From Dehalococcoidia bacterium (GTDB lineage Bacteria; Chloroflexota; Dehalococcoidia; Lucifugimonadales; QGNO01), in contig OZ252212.1 of the NCBI GenBank assembly GCA_965248955.1, forward strand, positions 1,536,482 to 1,600,481: a DNA stretch of 64,000 bases, read 5' to 3'. A model generated the notes under the pieces. That model was not told the DNA's origin, searched no databases, and saw only the letters and a program-made list of their open reading frames with translations. Made by a program: the position numbers and the translations under genes. Below are positions 38,241-48,362 of this stretch, one piece after another. Every line of letters starts with the position of its first letter. The first letter of the stretch is position 1.

Positions 38241-40718
38241 CTATTCCACCGAGGGCGCCACGGGAGCGTCCACCCGTAGGACTATTTCGTCGTCCTGCAC
38301 TTCTATGTGAACGGTATCACCGGGACCAAATTTGCTGGCCAGGTACTCCTCGGAGAGCCTATCCTCTATTTTGTCCTGGATTTGACGGCGCAGAGGGCGC
38401 GCCCCAAAGTTGGGGTCAAAGCCCGTCTGGGCAAGAAGCTCCTTGGCCTCTTGGCTGACCTCCATGGAGACGCCCTTCTCCAGAAGCTGCTTGCCGACAT
38501 CGCGGAGCATCAGATCCACTATCTGGATGATGTGTTCCTTCCCCAGGGAGTGGAATACAACCGTGGCGTCGATCCGGTTGAGGAACTCAGGCCTGAAGAA
38601 CTTCTTGACTTCATCCATGACCTTGTCACTCATGCGGTTGTAGGCCTCCTTGGAGGTCTGCTCCTCGTCCGCGCCTTTGGTGGAGAATCCCATCTGGCTG
38701 TCGCGCCTTATCAGGTCGGAGCCTATGTTACTCGTCATGACAACTATGGTGTTGCGGAAGTCCACCTTCCGGCCCTTGGCATCGGTCAGATGGCCGTCAT
38801 CGAACAGTTGAAGCAGGATGTTGAAAACGTCGGGGTGCGCCTTTTCTATTTCGTCTAGAAGGATGGCAGAGTAAGACTTTCGGCGTACGGCCTCGGTCAA
38901 CTGGCCTCCTTCGTCGTAACCCACATATCCTGGAGGGGCGCCCACCAGGCGCGCCACGCTATGGCGCTCCATGAACTCCGACATGTCCAGCCTTATCATG
39001 GTGTCTTCGTCGCCAAACATGAAGTCGGCCAGCGCTCTTACCAGGTAGGTCTTACCGACACCGGTGGGGCCCAGGAAAAGGAAGGCTCCTATGGGTCGGC
39101 GTGGGTCTTTTAGACCGGCGCGTGCCCTGCGTACCGCCTTTGCTACCGAGACGATGGCCTCGTCCTGTCCTACCACCTTCTTGTGCAGCGCCTCTTCCAT
39201 CTGAAGCAGGCGCTGGCTCTCTTCCGTTGCCAGTCTGGTGACAGGTATGCCTGTCCACATGCTGGCAACTTCCGCTACCTCTTCCGCCGAAACCATGGGC
39301 TGGTTGTCTTCTTGCTGCGTCTCTTCCTGCCAGCCCTTTTCCAGCTCCTCCAACTTGGTGCGAAGGGTCTGCTCTCGCTGGTGCAGCTCCGCGGCGTATT
39401 CGTACTGCTGGTTGGCCAGGGCCTCGTCCTTGTCCTTGTGGACGTTGTCCAGTACCTTGCTAACCTCCTTGACGGAAAGCGGCATGGTGGTCTTTCTGAT
39501 CCTGACCCTGCTCGATGCCTCGTCTATAAGGTCAATTGCCTTGTCGGGCAGGAAGCGGTCTGAAATATACCGCGCCGAGAGGTGAGCGGCGGCTTCCAGG
39601 GCGTCGTCGGTTATGCTGAGGTGGTGGTGCTGCTCGTACCGCTCTCTCACACCTTTGAGGATCTCGATGGTCTCTTCTTCAGAGGGTTCCTCCACGCTCA
39701 CCGGCTGGAAGCGCCTCTCCAGCGCTGGGTCGCGCTCCACGTATTTACGATAATCGTCCCGCGTGGTAGCGCCGATGCACTGCAGCTCTCCCCTGGCCAG
39801 CGACGGCTTCAGGATGTTGGCCGCATCGACGGCTCCTTCAGCGGCGCCGGCGCCCACCATTGTGTGCATTTCATCTATAAAAAGAATGCAGTTTCCGGAG
39901 CTTTTTATCTCTTCTATGATCTTCTTGAGCCGCTCCTCGAACTCCCCGCGGTACTTGGTGCCGGCCACGAGCACACCCATGTCCAGGGTAACTACACGGC
40001 GCCTCTGCAGGCTTTCCGGGATATCTCCTTTGACGATCTGCTGTGCTAGGGCTTCCACTATGGCCGTCTTGCCCACGCCGGGTTCACCAATCAGGACGGG
40101 GTTGTTTTTTGTGCGGCGGCTCAGAATCTGCACCACGCGCTGTATCTCATTGTTACGACCCACCACGGGGTCCAGTTTCTCTTGCCGTGCCATGTTGGTC
40201 AGGTCTATGCCAAGCTGGTCCAGCGTGGGCGTCCGGCTGCTTGTGCGGCCGCCCGATTGTGTGCCCTGCGATATACTCTGGCTCAGTATCCGGCTGGTCT
40301 CGGCGCGAACTTTGTCCAAGCTGACCCCCAGGCTCTCCAACACCCCGGCAGCCACACCCTCTCCCTCACGCATCAGACCTATGAGTAGATGTTCCGTGCC
40401 TATGTAGTGATGGTTAAGCCGGCGGGCCTCATCCACTGCAAGCTCTATTACCTTCTTGGCCCTGGGGGTAAGACCTATCTCTCCGCTGGCGGAACGCTCG
40501 CCGCGGCCAATGATGAACTCCACGGCAGAACGCACCTTGCTAAGCTCAACGGAAAGGTTGGAAAGCACGCGGGCCGCTACCCCGTCGGTCTCCCTGACCA
40601 GCCCGAGCAAGATGTGCTCAGTGCCAATGTAGTTATGATTGAATCGCTGGGCCTCTTCCTGGGCCAGTGAGAGGACTCGCCGCGCTCGTTCTGAGAATTT
40701 TTCGAATCTACTTGCCAT
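38241..40718 (-). CDS. clpC: ATP-dependent Clp protease ATP-binding subunit ClpC
   Basis: Two Clp-N repeats, two AAA modules ([16 protein letters not shown]), UVR middle domain, MGF loop. Confidence 0.96.
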   Translation of the reverse strand: MASRFEKFSERARRVLSLAQEEAQRFNHNYIGTEHILLGLVRETDGVAARVLSNLSVELSKVRSAVEFIIGRGERSASGEIGLTPRAKKVIELAVDEARRLNHHYIGTEHLLIGLMREGEGVAAGVLESLGVSLDKVRAETSRILSQSISQGTQSGGRTSSRTPTLDQLGIDLTNMARQEKLDPVVGRNNEIQRVVQILSRRTKNNPVLIGEPGVGKTAIVEALAQQIVKGDIPESLQRRRVVTLDMGVLVAGTKYRGEFEERLKKIIEEIKSSGNCILFIDEMHTMVGAGAAEGAVDAANILKPSLARGELQCIGATTRDDYRKYVERDPALERRFQPVSVEEPSEEETIEILKGVRERYEQHHHLSITDDALEAAAHLSARYISDRFLPDKAIDLIDEASSRVRIRKTTMPLSVKEVSKVLDNVHKDKDEALANQQYEYAAELHQREQTLRTKLEELEKGWQEETQQEDNQPMVSAEEVAEVASMWTGIPVTRLATEESQRLLQMEEALHKKVVGQDEAIVSVAKAVRRARAGLKDPRRPIGAFLFLGPTGVGKTYLVRALADFMFGDEDTMIRLDMSEFMERHSVARLVGAPPGYVGYDEGGQLTEAVRRKSYSAILLDEIEKAHPDVFNILLQLFDDGHLTDAKGRKVDFRNTIVVMTSNIGSDLIRRDSQMGFSTKGADEEQTSKEAYNRMSDKVMDEVKKFFRPEFLNRIDATVVFHSLGKEHIIQIVDLMLRDVGKQLLEKGVSMEVSQEAKELLAQTGFDPNFGARPLRRQIQDKIEDRLSEEYLASKFGPGDTVHIEVQDDEIVLRVDAPVAPSVE

Positions 40719-40757
40719 TAGATAGCTCCATAAGCAGGGATATGAGTATGGATAACG

Positions 40758-41906
40758 CTATTCACCGGAAGACCAGGTCTCTACTCCGTCCCACTCTTCT
40801 TCTACCTGCTTCAAACTGAGGCCCAGTCTGCGTCGTTCAGGCTCCATCTTGATTATCTTTAGGGTAACCTCGTCACCCTCGTTGATTACCTCCCTTGGGT
40901 GCCTTATCATTCGATCAGATAGCTCTGAAATATGGATCAGGCCCTCTATAGTACCTTCTATTCGAGCAAATGCGCCAAAGTTCGTCAAGCTTGTGACCAC
41001 CCCCTGCACAAGCTGACCAGTCTCATAGTTTTGGGTCACGGTCTGCCAAGGTTCAGGCACCAGCCTACGCAGGCTCAGGGCTATCTTCCTTGTTTCCTGG
41101 TCTACCTTGAGTACGTAGACCTCTATCTGGCTACCTACTGTTACGATGTCTGAAGGCGATTGAACTTGCTCCCAGGACATCTCTGATATATGCACCAAGC
41201 CATCGGCGCCCCCGAGGTCCACAAAAGCTCCGAAATCTGATACCCCGGAGACCACTCCCGTCCTTACCTCACCTTCCTTCAACTCTTGGAGCAGCCGGTC
41301 TTTCTCCTGGTCGCGGTGTTGCTGCAAAGCTTGCTTTTCAGATAGCACAACTCGGTTGCGCCGGCGGTTCAACTCCAATAACTGTAGGGATATTGTCTCA
41401 CCGACACGTTTTGCCAGCGCCTCTTCTTGGTCTACGTCCGTTCCTCTGCCAATCGGGGCAAGCTGAGATAGGGGGACGAAACCCTGCACGCCTTCCACGT
41501 CCACAACAGCGCCCCCCTTGTTGAATCCCCTTATTGTTGCTTTCATAGTGGAGCCGGCGTCCAGATGGTCCTGCAGCACCTTCCATCCCCTCTCGCCCCT
41601 GGCTCTGTCCACGGACAGGATTGCCGGGCCTTCCTCGCTGTCGGGGCGCAGGACGTAGGCATAGACCTCATCGCCAACCTTGAAGCCGTCGGCTTCCTCC
41701 TCCGATAGTGTCTTCATCTCCCGGACAGGGATGAATCCCTCCGACTTATGCCCGATGTTAATCAGGAGGCCTTCCTGGCTAACATGCATCACCTCGCCCG
41801 TGACCACGTCACCGCGGCGCAACTCTTTGAACCAGGAAGATTCTTCTAGTAGTTGCCCCATATCCGGTTGGGTGGGTTGGGAAGCTTGTTCAACAGAGAA
41901 GGACAA
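40758..41906 (-). CDS. rpsA: 30S ribosomal protein S1 (four S1 domains)
   Basis: Repeated FGAFV..G..GL.HISE S1 motifs. Confidence 0.92.
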   Translation of the reverse strand: MSFSVEQASQPTQPDMGQLLEESSWFKELRRGDVVTGEVMHVSQEGLLINIGHKSEGFIPVREMKTLSEEEADGFKVGDEVYAYVLRPDSEEGPAILSVDRARGERGWKVLQDHLDAGSTMKATIRGFNKGGAVVDVEGVQGFVPLSQLAPIGRGTDVDQEEALAKRVGETISLQLLELNRRRNRVVLSEKQALQQHRDQEKDRLLQELKEGEVRTGVVSGVSDFGAFVDLGGADGLVHISEMSWEQVQSPSDIVTVGSQIEVYVLKVDQETRKIALSLRRLVPEPWQTVTQNYETGQLVQGVVTSLTNFGAFARIEGTIEGLIHISELSDRMIRHPREVINEGDEVTLKIIKMEPERRRLGLSLKQVEEEWDGVETWSSGE

Positions 41907-42124
41907 TTTAGATCACACCATTTTCAAGAGGGATGTTCGCCTAGCTATACATTATAGCCAGACGCTTTCCTAGCTGTAAAGGGAATTAGCTTTGTAACTT
42001 TGTATAAGCTATATGTCCCAGCATGGCGCACTAAATGTACCAGGTGTAGGTTCTCCATGAAAGCGGAAGGCGCGTGGAGCCGTTGGCGGAGAGCCCGTCT
42101 AAGATGGAGCGCAAAAAAATAAGC

Positions 42125-42244
42125 CCTCTGGCGATGGCTTATTTTCCCGTGCCCTTGCAAGCAGAGTATCGTCAGCGCTGGGGCGTTTCACTTCCGTGTT
42201 CGGGATGGGAACGGGTGGTTCCACCCCGCTCTAACCACCAGAGA
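42125..42244 (-). rRNA. rrf: 5S rRNA (stand-alone)
   Basis: Minus strand CTCTGGTGGTTAGAGCGGGGTGGAACCACCCGTTCCCATCCCGAACACGGAAGTGAAAC...GCCAGAG with a paired terminal helix and a downstream T-run. Confidence 0.95.
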
Positions 42245-42317
42245 GCAGGGTTATAGGATAGCAACTCTCTCTGCAAGGCGCAATACAAAATCCGTAGAAG
42301 AATGTAGAGACCCCCCC

Positions 42318-42346
42318 TAGACATGGCCAACATCTCACCTTATACT
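42318..42346 (+). promoter_or_regulatory. promoter TAGACA-N17-TATACT
   Basis: Hexamers at 42318-23 and 42341-46. Confidence 0.65.
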
Positions 42347-42393
42347 GGGGTCAGTCTTGGTGGTGTGGTTTGAAACACAAGGAGGTGATGCCG

Positions 42394-42450
42394 ATGAGTA
42401 GTACCTTATGCAACTGTTCATTAACCCGTCTGGAGACCACTCCAGATTGA
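42394..42450 (+). CDS. putative micropeptide MSSTLCNCSLTRLETTPD
   Basis: SD AAGGAGGTGA at 42379-88, with its own promoter and terminator. An in-frame ATG at 42388 is an alternative start. Confidence 0.5.
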   Translation: MSSTLCNCSLTRLETTPD

Positions 42451-42456
42451 GGTAGG

Positions 42457-42490
42457 AGGAGGGCCCGGATTTCCGGGCCCTCCTCTTTTT
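42457..42490 (+). terminator. intrinsic terminator
   Basis: GAGGGCCCGGA...TCCGGGCCCTC stem followed by CTCTTTTT. Confidence 0.85.
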
Positions 42491-42585
42491 CTCCCGTTGC
42501 ACGGTTCTGCCGCCTCCTGCATCTGCCGCCTCTTGCAGGGGAGATATATACTCTACCCAGCAAAAAACTCCTGAGGAGGCCGCAG

Positions 42586-44391
42586 TTGCCCTACGAATTC
42601 GAACGGTTCCTAACCGTACGCAGCGCCTCGGCTCCCGCTTTCTCTCCCAACGGCCGTCGGGTGGTTTTTCTCTGGGATATCACCGGCGTCCCTCAGCTTT
42701 GGGCCGTGGACGTCGATGGAGGCTGGCCGGACCAGCTCACCGTCTACGCGGAGAGGGTGATGACCCTGTTCAACTCCCCGGTCTCAGAGCAGACGGTCTT
42801 TGGCATGGACTCTGGAGGCGACGAACGCCAGCAGCTATACCTGCTCTCCGGCAACGGAGAATCCATCAAACCGCTGACCGCCAATCCCCAAGCGATTCAT
42901 ACACCGGGAGCGTGGACGCCGGACGGTACGTCGTTCGTCTACGTTTCCAACCGCCGCCACCCCGCTTTTTTCGATATCTACGTGAATCGTCTGTCCAGAG
43001 GCGAAGTCCAGATGCTCCTAGAGCACGACGGCACCAATTTGGCGGCTCCCATATCGCCGGACGGTAGTTCGCTGCTCATCAACCGCACCGTGCTCAACCA
43101 CTACAACGAGCTTTACCTCTTGCCCCTGGATATGGCAAGAGGAAGGCCCCGCCTTGTAACCACGGGCAAGGGGCGCAGTACGTATTCCTCGCCGGTGTGG
43201 TCCTCCGATGGCAAAGGGGTCTATCTATTGACGGACCAGGACAGGGAATGGAAGGGTTTAGCCCGGCTTGACTTGGATGCAAGAGAGATTTCCTACCTCC
43301 ATTCTGAAGAATGGGACGTAGAGCTCATGGCCTACGCACCCAAGACGGAGCGCATCGCTTTCTCCATTAATGCGGACGGATATTCGGAAGCCACCGTACT
43401 CTCCTTGGAAGACGGCCGTTCGGAGCAGGTGAGGGGCCTGCCCAAGGGACAGATTCTGGACATGGCGTGGTCGCCCAACGGGGTAGACCTAGCCGTTACG
43501 GCCGGCGGCGCCACCCTCAACTCGGACGTTTGGTTGGTGAACGGGCAGACGGCGCAGGCCCGCCGGCTGACGCACAGTCCCAGGGCAGGCATAGCTCCCG
43601 AAGCGCTCACCGAGCCGGCCCTCGTCCACTATCCAACCTTCGATGGTCGTGACATACCGGCTTTCTTCTACCTGCCGTCCCATGCCGCTAAAGATGGGGA
43701 CCTACCGGTGGTGGTCTACGTGCACGGCGGCCCGGAGAGCCAGTCTAGGCCGGTCTACAATCCCGTATTGCAGTACCTGGCTTACAGAGGATACGGCGTG
43801 CTTGTGCCCAACGTCAGAGGCAGCACGGGCTACGGTAGGGCTTACGAGCATCTGGACGACGTAGAGAAGCGGATGGATGCGGTGAACGACTTGAACCACG
43901 CCGCGAGCTGGCTTGTTGACTCGGGCTACTCCAGGCCTCGGCGCATAGCGGTGATGGGCGGTAGCTACGGCGGCTTCATGACCCTGGCCGCGATCACGGC
44001 CTATCCCGATTCATGGGGAGCCGCCGCCGAGCTGTACGGCATAGCTAATTTCCAGACCTTCCTGGCCAATACGGGCCCCTGGAGGCGCATGCATCGCGCC
44101 GCGGAATACGGCGATCCTGAGAAGGACGGCGAACTGCTCAACCGTATTTCACCTATACACTACGTGGACAGGATCAAAGTGCCGCTGATAGTAGTGCACG
44201 GCGCCAACGACCCGCGCGTCCCCATCAGTGAAACGGAGCAGATGGTGGAGGCTATACAAAAGAGGAACGGCTCCGTGGAGTACCTGCGCTTTGAGGATGA
44301 AGGGCATGGTATCGTCAAGCAGCACAACCGCATAAGAGCCTATACAGCCATAGCTGATTTTCTGGACAGGCACTTGATGAGCGCCGGGTAG
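42586..44391 (+). CDS. S9 family peptidase (acylaminoacyl/prolyl oligopeptidase-like)
   Basis: Beta-propeller repeats, HGGP, RGSTGYG, GGSYGG, DPRVP and DEGH motifs. Confidence 0.93.
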   Translation: MPYEFERFLTVRSASAPAFSPNGRRVVFLWDITGVPQLWAVDVDGGWPDQLTVYAERVMTLFNSPVSEQTVFGMDSGGDERQQLYLLSGNGESIKPLTANPQAIHTPGAWTPDGTSFVYVSNRRHPAFFDIYVNRLSRGEVQMLLEHDGTNLAAPISPDGSSLLINRTVLNHYNELYLLPLDMARGRPRLVTTGKGRSTYSSPVWSSDGKGVYLLTDQDREWKGLARLDLDAREISYLHSEEWDVELMAYAPKTERIAFSINADGYSEATVLSLEDGRSEQVRGLPKGQILDMAWSPNGVDLAVTAGGATLNSDVWLVNGQTAQARRLTHSPRAGIAPEALTEPALVHYPTFDGRDIPAFFYLPSHAAKDGDLPVVVYVHGGPESQSRPVYNPVLQYLAYRGYGVLVPNVRGSTGYGRAYEHLDDVEKRMDAVNDLNHAASWLVDSGYSRPRRIAVMGGSYGGFMTLAAITAYPDSWGAAAELYGIANFQTFLANTGPWRRMHRAAEYGDPEKDGELLNRISPIHYVDRIKVPLIVVHGANDPRVPISETEQMVEAIQKRNGSVEYLRFEDEGHGIVKQHNRIRAYTAIADFLDRHLMSAG

Positions 44392-45147
44392 CTATCTGTA
44401 GATATCCCGGTCGGGGGGGCGTATCAGCTCCTTGACTCCGCTCGTGGAAGTGGCGTACTCGTAGCCCCGAATTATCGCCGCCGGCACCATGTCAACCTTT
44501 CCCATCACCAGCTCCGCCGCCGCCGCCAGCTCGTCTACCACGGCCATCGCCGTTACCTGGAGCTCGTATCCGTAGGGGTCTACTGAGCCTCTGTAGTCGC
44601 GCAGGGGCGCTATACCCGCCGACCCAATGGCGATGTTGGTAATGCCGTCCCGCCAGGGCCTGCCCCAGGAGTCGGTGATCACCACCGCCACGTCAAGGCC
44701 GGTAAGCTTCCTGACCTCGCCCGCTATCCGCGCCGCCGAGGCATCGGGGTCTTTGGGGAGCAAGGCGACCATGCTTTCTCCCGGTATGTTAGAGGCGTCC
44801 ACGCCCCCGTTAACACAGTAGAACCCGTGAACGGTCTCCGTAATGAGGACGCCTCTGTCCATGCGGGAGACGCGGCGGCTCTCCATCAAAGCCACCTCTA
44901 TCAGCCGGGCATCCCTGTCGTACTCATCAGCCCACTGTTGAGCAAGGTGCGACGGTGTAATGGTATCCAGGTTCACCAGCATGCCTTCCGCCTTGGAAAC
45001 CACCTTTTGCGTGATTACCAGCACGTCTTCCTGCTCTAGGGGCGTTTTCTGACCCTTGGCCGCCTCCACTATCAAGGATGCAAGCTCCATCCCTGGCGTG
45101 ATCTCAGGCAAGCCCTCTATTCCAATAACGCAAAGCTCTTTAGCCAC
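44392..45147 (-). CDS. cofE: coenzyme F420-0:gamma-glutamyl ligase
   Basis: GLPEI, TQKVVSKAEG, GVDASN, LLPKDPDASA and DSWGRPWR motifs. Confidence 0.93.
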   Translation of the reverse strand: MAKELCVIGIEGLPEITPGMELASLIVEAAKGQKTPLEQEDVLVITQKVVSKAEGMLVNLDTITPSHLAQQWADEYDRDARLIEVALMESRRVSRMDRGVLITETVHGFYCVNGGVDASNIPGESMVALLPKDPDASAARIAGEVRKLTGLDVAVVITDSWGRPWRDGITNIAIGSAGIAPLRDYRGSVDPYGYELQVTAMAVVDELAAAAELVMGKVDMVPAAIIRGYEYATSTSGVKELIRPPDRDIYR

Positions 45148-45212
45148 TTTGGTACCTCATTGATGCAATGTCAGCCAATTATACTCGCATCACGTGTTAT
45201 ACTCTGCCAGCA

Positions 45213-45593
45213 ATGGCCGACCGTAAAGGGCAAGACCGCATCCTGCTTGAGGGGCTTTCCTTCTACGGTTTCCATGGGGTGAGACCGGAGGAACGGAGCC
45301 TGGGCCAGCAGTTCCTCGTGGACCTGAGTGTCTACCTTGACCTCAGCAAGCCCGGCGATTCCGACCGTCTAAGCGACACGATCAGCTATACCGAGTTGTA
45401 TCAGACGGTGAAAGCCGTTGTCCAGGATGAAACGTATAACCTGTTGGAGGCGGTAGCGCAAACGATTGCGATGAGGGTTCTTGCCTCCTTCCCGGTAGAG
45501 GCAGTCTGGACGCGGGTAACAAAGTTATCGCCTCCCATAGAAGGAATTACTTCTAAGGGTGCCTCCGTGGAGGTATACCGAGCCAAGAGCTAG
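45213..45593 (+). CDS. folB: dihydroneopterin aldolase
   Basis: FYGFHGV..EE..LGQ.F.VD, DTISY and NLLEAVA motifs. Confidence 0.93.
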   Translation: MADRKGQDRILLEGLSFYGFHGVRPEERSLGQQFLVDLSVYLDLSKPGDSDRLSDTISYTELYQTVKAVVQDETYNLLEAVAQTIAMRVLASFPVEAVWTRVTKLSPPIEGITSKGASVEVYRAKS

Positions 45594-45594
45594 T

Positions 45595-46506
45595 ATGCGC
45601 TTTCTTTCGCTTGCTTTTTCATCCGGGTTTGTTCTGCTGGCCGTTGCTTGCCTGCTTCTTCTCGCCGGCTGCTCTTCTCCCACGGCGGTCACGCCAACGC
45701 CAGTCGCTACCTCCAGTGTAGTGAACCTATCTCTGCGTACCGTCCTCGCCTCCTCGGACCTATCGGTTGGCAGCAACCGCGTGGTTTTCGGGCTTATCGA
45801 TTCGAATAACGCGCCGGTGAGAGCAGCCTCGGCTACGCTAGCTCTGGCTCACGAGCAAGATGGAAGAATCGTCCAAAAAGGGGAAGTGGAGGCCGGCTGG
45901 CGCTCGTGGCCGGCCGGGCCGGGAGGGGTGTTCGCCGCCCAGATAGAGTTCGACCAAGCCGGCCTGTGGTTGGCGCAGGTCTCACCCGCCGACGGCGCCG
46001 CGGAAGGCCAGCTGGCGCGCATGGTTATGCGCGTATCCGAAGAGAGCAGCACGCCCGCCTTGGGTTCCCCGGCCCCGGCCAGCCTGAACCGCACTGCTTC
46101 CAGTGTGGCCTCCTTGGAGGAGCTCACCTCAGACGTTGAACCTGATCCGAACCTTTACTCCATGACTATTGCTGAAGCTCTGCAGACCGGCAAGCCCCTC
46201 GTCGTTGCTTTTGCCACTCCCGCCTTCTGCACCTCGGCCACCTGCGGCCCGCAGCTGGATGTGGTCAAAGAGTTGAAGGAGGGTTACCGGGAGCAGGCCA
46301 ACTTCATCCATGTGGAGATTTTCGACAACCCCCTTGAGATGCGGGGCGACTTTGCAAAGGGAGTGGTCTCACCTACAGTCGACGAATGGGGTCTGCCCAG
46401 CGAGCCGTGGGTTTTCGTAATCGATGCTCAAAGACGGGTCTCCGCTAAGTTCGACGGCTTTGCTTCTTACAAAGAGCTGGAGCAGGCGCTGCTACGCGTC
46501 ATCTAG
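45595..46506 (+). CDS. lipoprotein with a C-terminal thioredoxin-like domain
   Basis: Lipobox LLAGC, TPAFCTSATCGP and EPWVFVID motifs. Confidence 0.7.
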   Translation: MRFLSLAFSSGFVLLAVACLLLLAGCSSPTAVTPTPVATSSVVNLSLRTVLASSDLSVGSNRVVFGLIDSNNAPVRAASATLALAHEQDGRIVQKGEVEAGWRSWPAGPGGVFAAQIEFDQAGLWLAQVSPADGAAEGQLARMVMRVSEESSTPALGSPAPASLNRTASSVASLEELTSDVEPDPNLYSMTIAEALQTGKPLVVAFATPAFCTSATCGPQLDVVKELKEGYREQANFIHVEIFDNPLEMRGDFAKGVVSPTVDEWGLPSEPWVFVIDAQRRVSAKFDGFASYKELEQALLRVI

Positions 46507-46832
46507 GCGGCGTCCTCCACAAATGCTGCTATAAGGGTGTCGCCATCCTTCCTGTAGCGGACCCTTACCGGCTCTGCCAGCACCATGTGCTCTCTAAAAT
46601 GGGAGGGCGTGAAGCCTATGAATCCCTCCGTGGTGAAGGTGAACACTCTGCCCTCTTCGTCCTCTATGGTGAACCGTTCCAACTCCACCACGGACCGTGC
46701 CTCCACGCTGGTAACCAGGCCCTCCACTTCGGAAAGCCCCTCTCCGCAGCTCAGTGAAAAGAGCAGCGCCATTACCAATATGAAAAGCGCGTTTGCGCTA
46801 ATACCGTTGCTTCTTTCCCACAAGAGAAACAC
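46503..46832 (-). CDS. small hypothetical (lipo)protein
   Basis: Hydrophobic N-terminus ending LSC, beta-rich body, PSHFREHM motif. The start is uncertain. Confidence 0.55.
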   Translation of the reverse strand: MFLLWERSNGISANALFILVMALLFSLSCGEGLSEVEGLVTSVEARSVVELERFTIEDEEGRVFTFTTEGFIGFTPSHFREHMVLAEPVRVRYRKDGDTLIAAFVEDAA

Positions 46833-46945
46833 TCAACGTCTATATACTTAGGTTATGGTACATTATGGCAAGGCTGCGCCATATCTGTCTCACCGCATGG
46901 TGAAACAAACATTCACGTTACAGTCTTACGCAGGGAGTCAGCCTA

Positions 46946-48115
46946 TTGGCAACACCTTCCCAGACCGCTGATTCCGGTCCCGTTCGCGAGTCCGCGCGCA
47001 TAACCAGCCTGGACCTGATACGCGGAGTTGCCGTGCTCGGCATACTGTTGATGAACGCCGTTCACTTCAAGTTCGGCGATGCGCCTTACTTCAACCTGAT
47101 CGCGGGCGGCTCGGAGACATGGCTCGACTGGGTCGTGGGCATCTTCGGCGAGGTCTTCATCGACCAGAAGTTCATGGGCTTGTTTGCGCTGCTGTTCGGC
47201 GCGGGGATGATTCTCTTCATAGACCGTGCCAGCGGGAGAGGAAGGCGCGCGGTCGTTTTGAACCTGTGGCGAAACGTGCTGCTGCTGCTAATCGGTGTTC
47301 TCCACATGCTTTTGTGGGATGGCGACGTGCTGAGGGCCTATGCAATATCAGCTGTCTTCCTCATCGCCTTGCGAAAGCTGCCGAATTGGGCGCTCATCTC
47401 CGTTGGCGTCGCCCTGTTCACGCTGTCCGCCGCACTTGCGCTGCTGGCACAGTACATGGCCGACACTACCAGCACGTCGCTTTCCGGCCTCTGGACACCG
47501 GGCGAGATTTCCGACGAAGAGCTGATTGGACTTCCTGTCCTGTCCGGCTATTTCCTACGGGCATTAGGGATGATTCTCATCGGCGCGGGCTTATATCGCA
47601 TGGGCTTTATGAACGGCGACTTGCCCGCCAGGACATATCGACTGACCGCAATGGTCGGGCTTGCCGTTGGCTTGCCGCTTGCCGTTGCCGGGGTCATCAT
47701 TACCGCAGTGAGCGATTACTCCCGCGAGGTCGCCTTTATCGGCCAGATTCCCAACACGATTGGCACCATTCCCGCATCGCTGGGATACATGAGTCTCATC
47801 ATCCTCTGGAACAGCCGCACGGACAACTGGCTCAAGCACCGTCTGCGCGCAGTCGGGAGGATGGCGCTGACCAACTACCTGGCGCAGACGGTGCTGGGTG
47901 TGCTTGTCTTGACAACCTTGCTGGGCGACGTCGACCATGTAAACCGGAGTGCCGTCTTGGTGTTTGTGTTCGCGGTGTGGGCGCTGCAGGTGTGGTGGTC
48001 GCAGGCGTGGCTGAGTCGCTTCCTCTTCGGGCCTGCGGAGTGGCTCTGGCGAGTCGCTACATATCGAAGTGGACAGCCGCTTCGCCGCCCCAAGGACGCA
48101 CAGCTTGTAGCATAG
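46946..48115 (+). CDS. DUF418 (YeiB-like) membrane protein
   Basis: RITSLDLIRGVAVLGILLMN, KFMGLFALLFG, GRMALTNY and GPAEWLWR motifs. Confidence 0.9.
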   Translation: MATPSQTADSGPVRESARITSLDLIRGVAVLGILLMNAVHFKFGDAPYFNLIAGGSETWLDWVVGIFGEVFIDQKFMGLFALLFGAGMILFIDRASGRGRRAVVLNLWRNVLLLLIGVLHMLLWDGDVLRAYAISAVFLIALRKLPNWALISVGVALFTLSAALALLAQYMADTTSTSLSGLWTPGEISDEELIGLPVLSGYFLRALGMILIGAGLYRMGFMNGDLPARTYRLTAMVGLAVGLPLAVAGVIITAVSDYSREVAFIGQIPNTIGTIPASLGYMSLIILWNSRTDNWLKHRLRAVGRMALTNYLAQTVLGVLVLTTLLGDVDHVNRSAVLVFVFAVWALQVWWSQAWLSRFLFGPAEWLWRVATYRSGQPLRRPKDAQLVA

Positions 48116-48362
48116 TAGAGCGTCAACTCCTCTGTAGTGCACGGTGGGATAGACCTGTGACCAAGTACCTGCTTTGCAACCTTCCAACAGAAGGGATAGC
48201 CGTATTCAAGGAAGGGCGCCATCCACTCAAACATCTACTTGGAGGATGCCAAAGTTTGCTTTAACCAGTGGCTGTAGCGGTAGTATGATGTAAACAAGCG
48301 ATCTCTCTTATCGTAATACCCATCAGTTCATTTGTTGTCGCAAGGCAGTGTTGGGAGGTCTG

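Noticed and set aside
42379-42389. Minus-strand ATCACCTCCTT, identical to the canonical 16S rRNA 3' end, upstream of the 5S gene
   Set aside because: The match is only 11 nt and there is no helix-45 sequence. It is better explained as a plus-strand SD within a promoter-ORF-terminator unit than as an rRNA operon remnant.
42394-45147. Full RiPP cluster (peptide + S9 protease + CofE ligase)
   Set aside because: There is no recognised RiPP maturase or exporter, and cofE is a convergent F420 housekeeping gene. The idea is kept only as a weak hypothesis in the peptide finding.
48116-48260. Possible small minus-strand gene (start of ORF 47875-48234)
   Set aside because: No SD or recognisable motif, and it extends antisense into the DUF418 gene.
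47119-48264. 381-aa alternative-frame ORF overlapping the DUF418 gene
   Set aside because: Arg/Ala-rich shadow frame typical of high-GC DNA, with no motifs.
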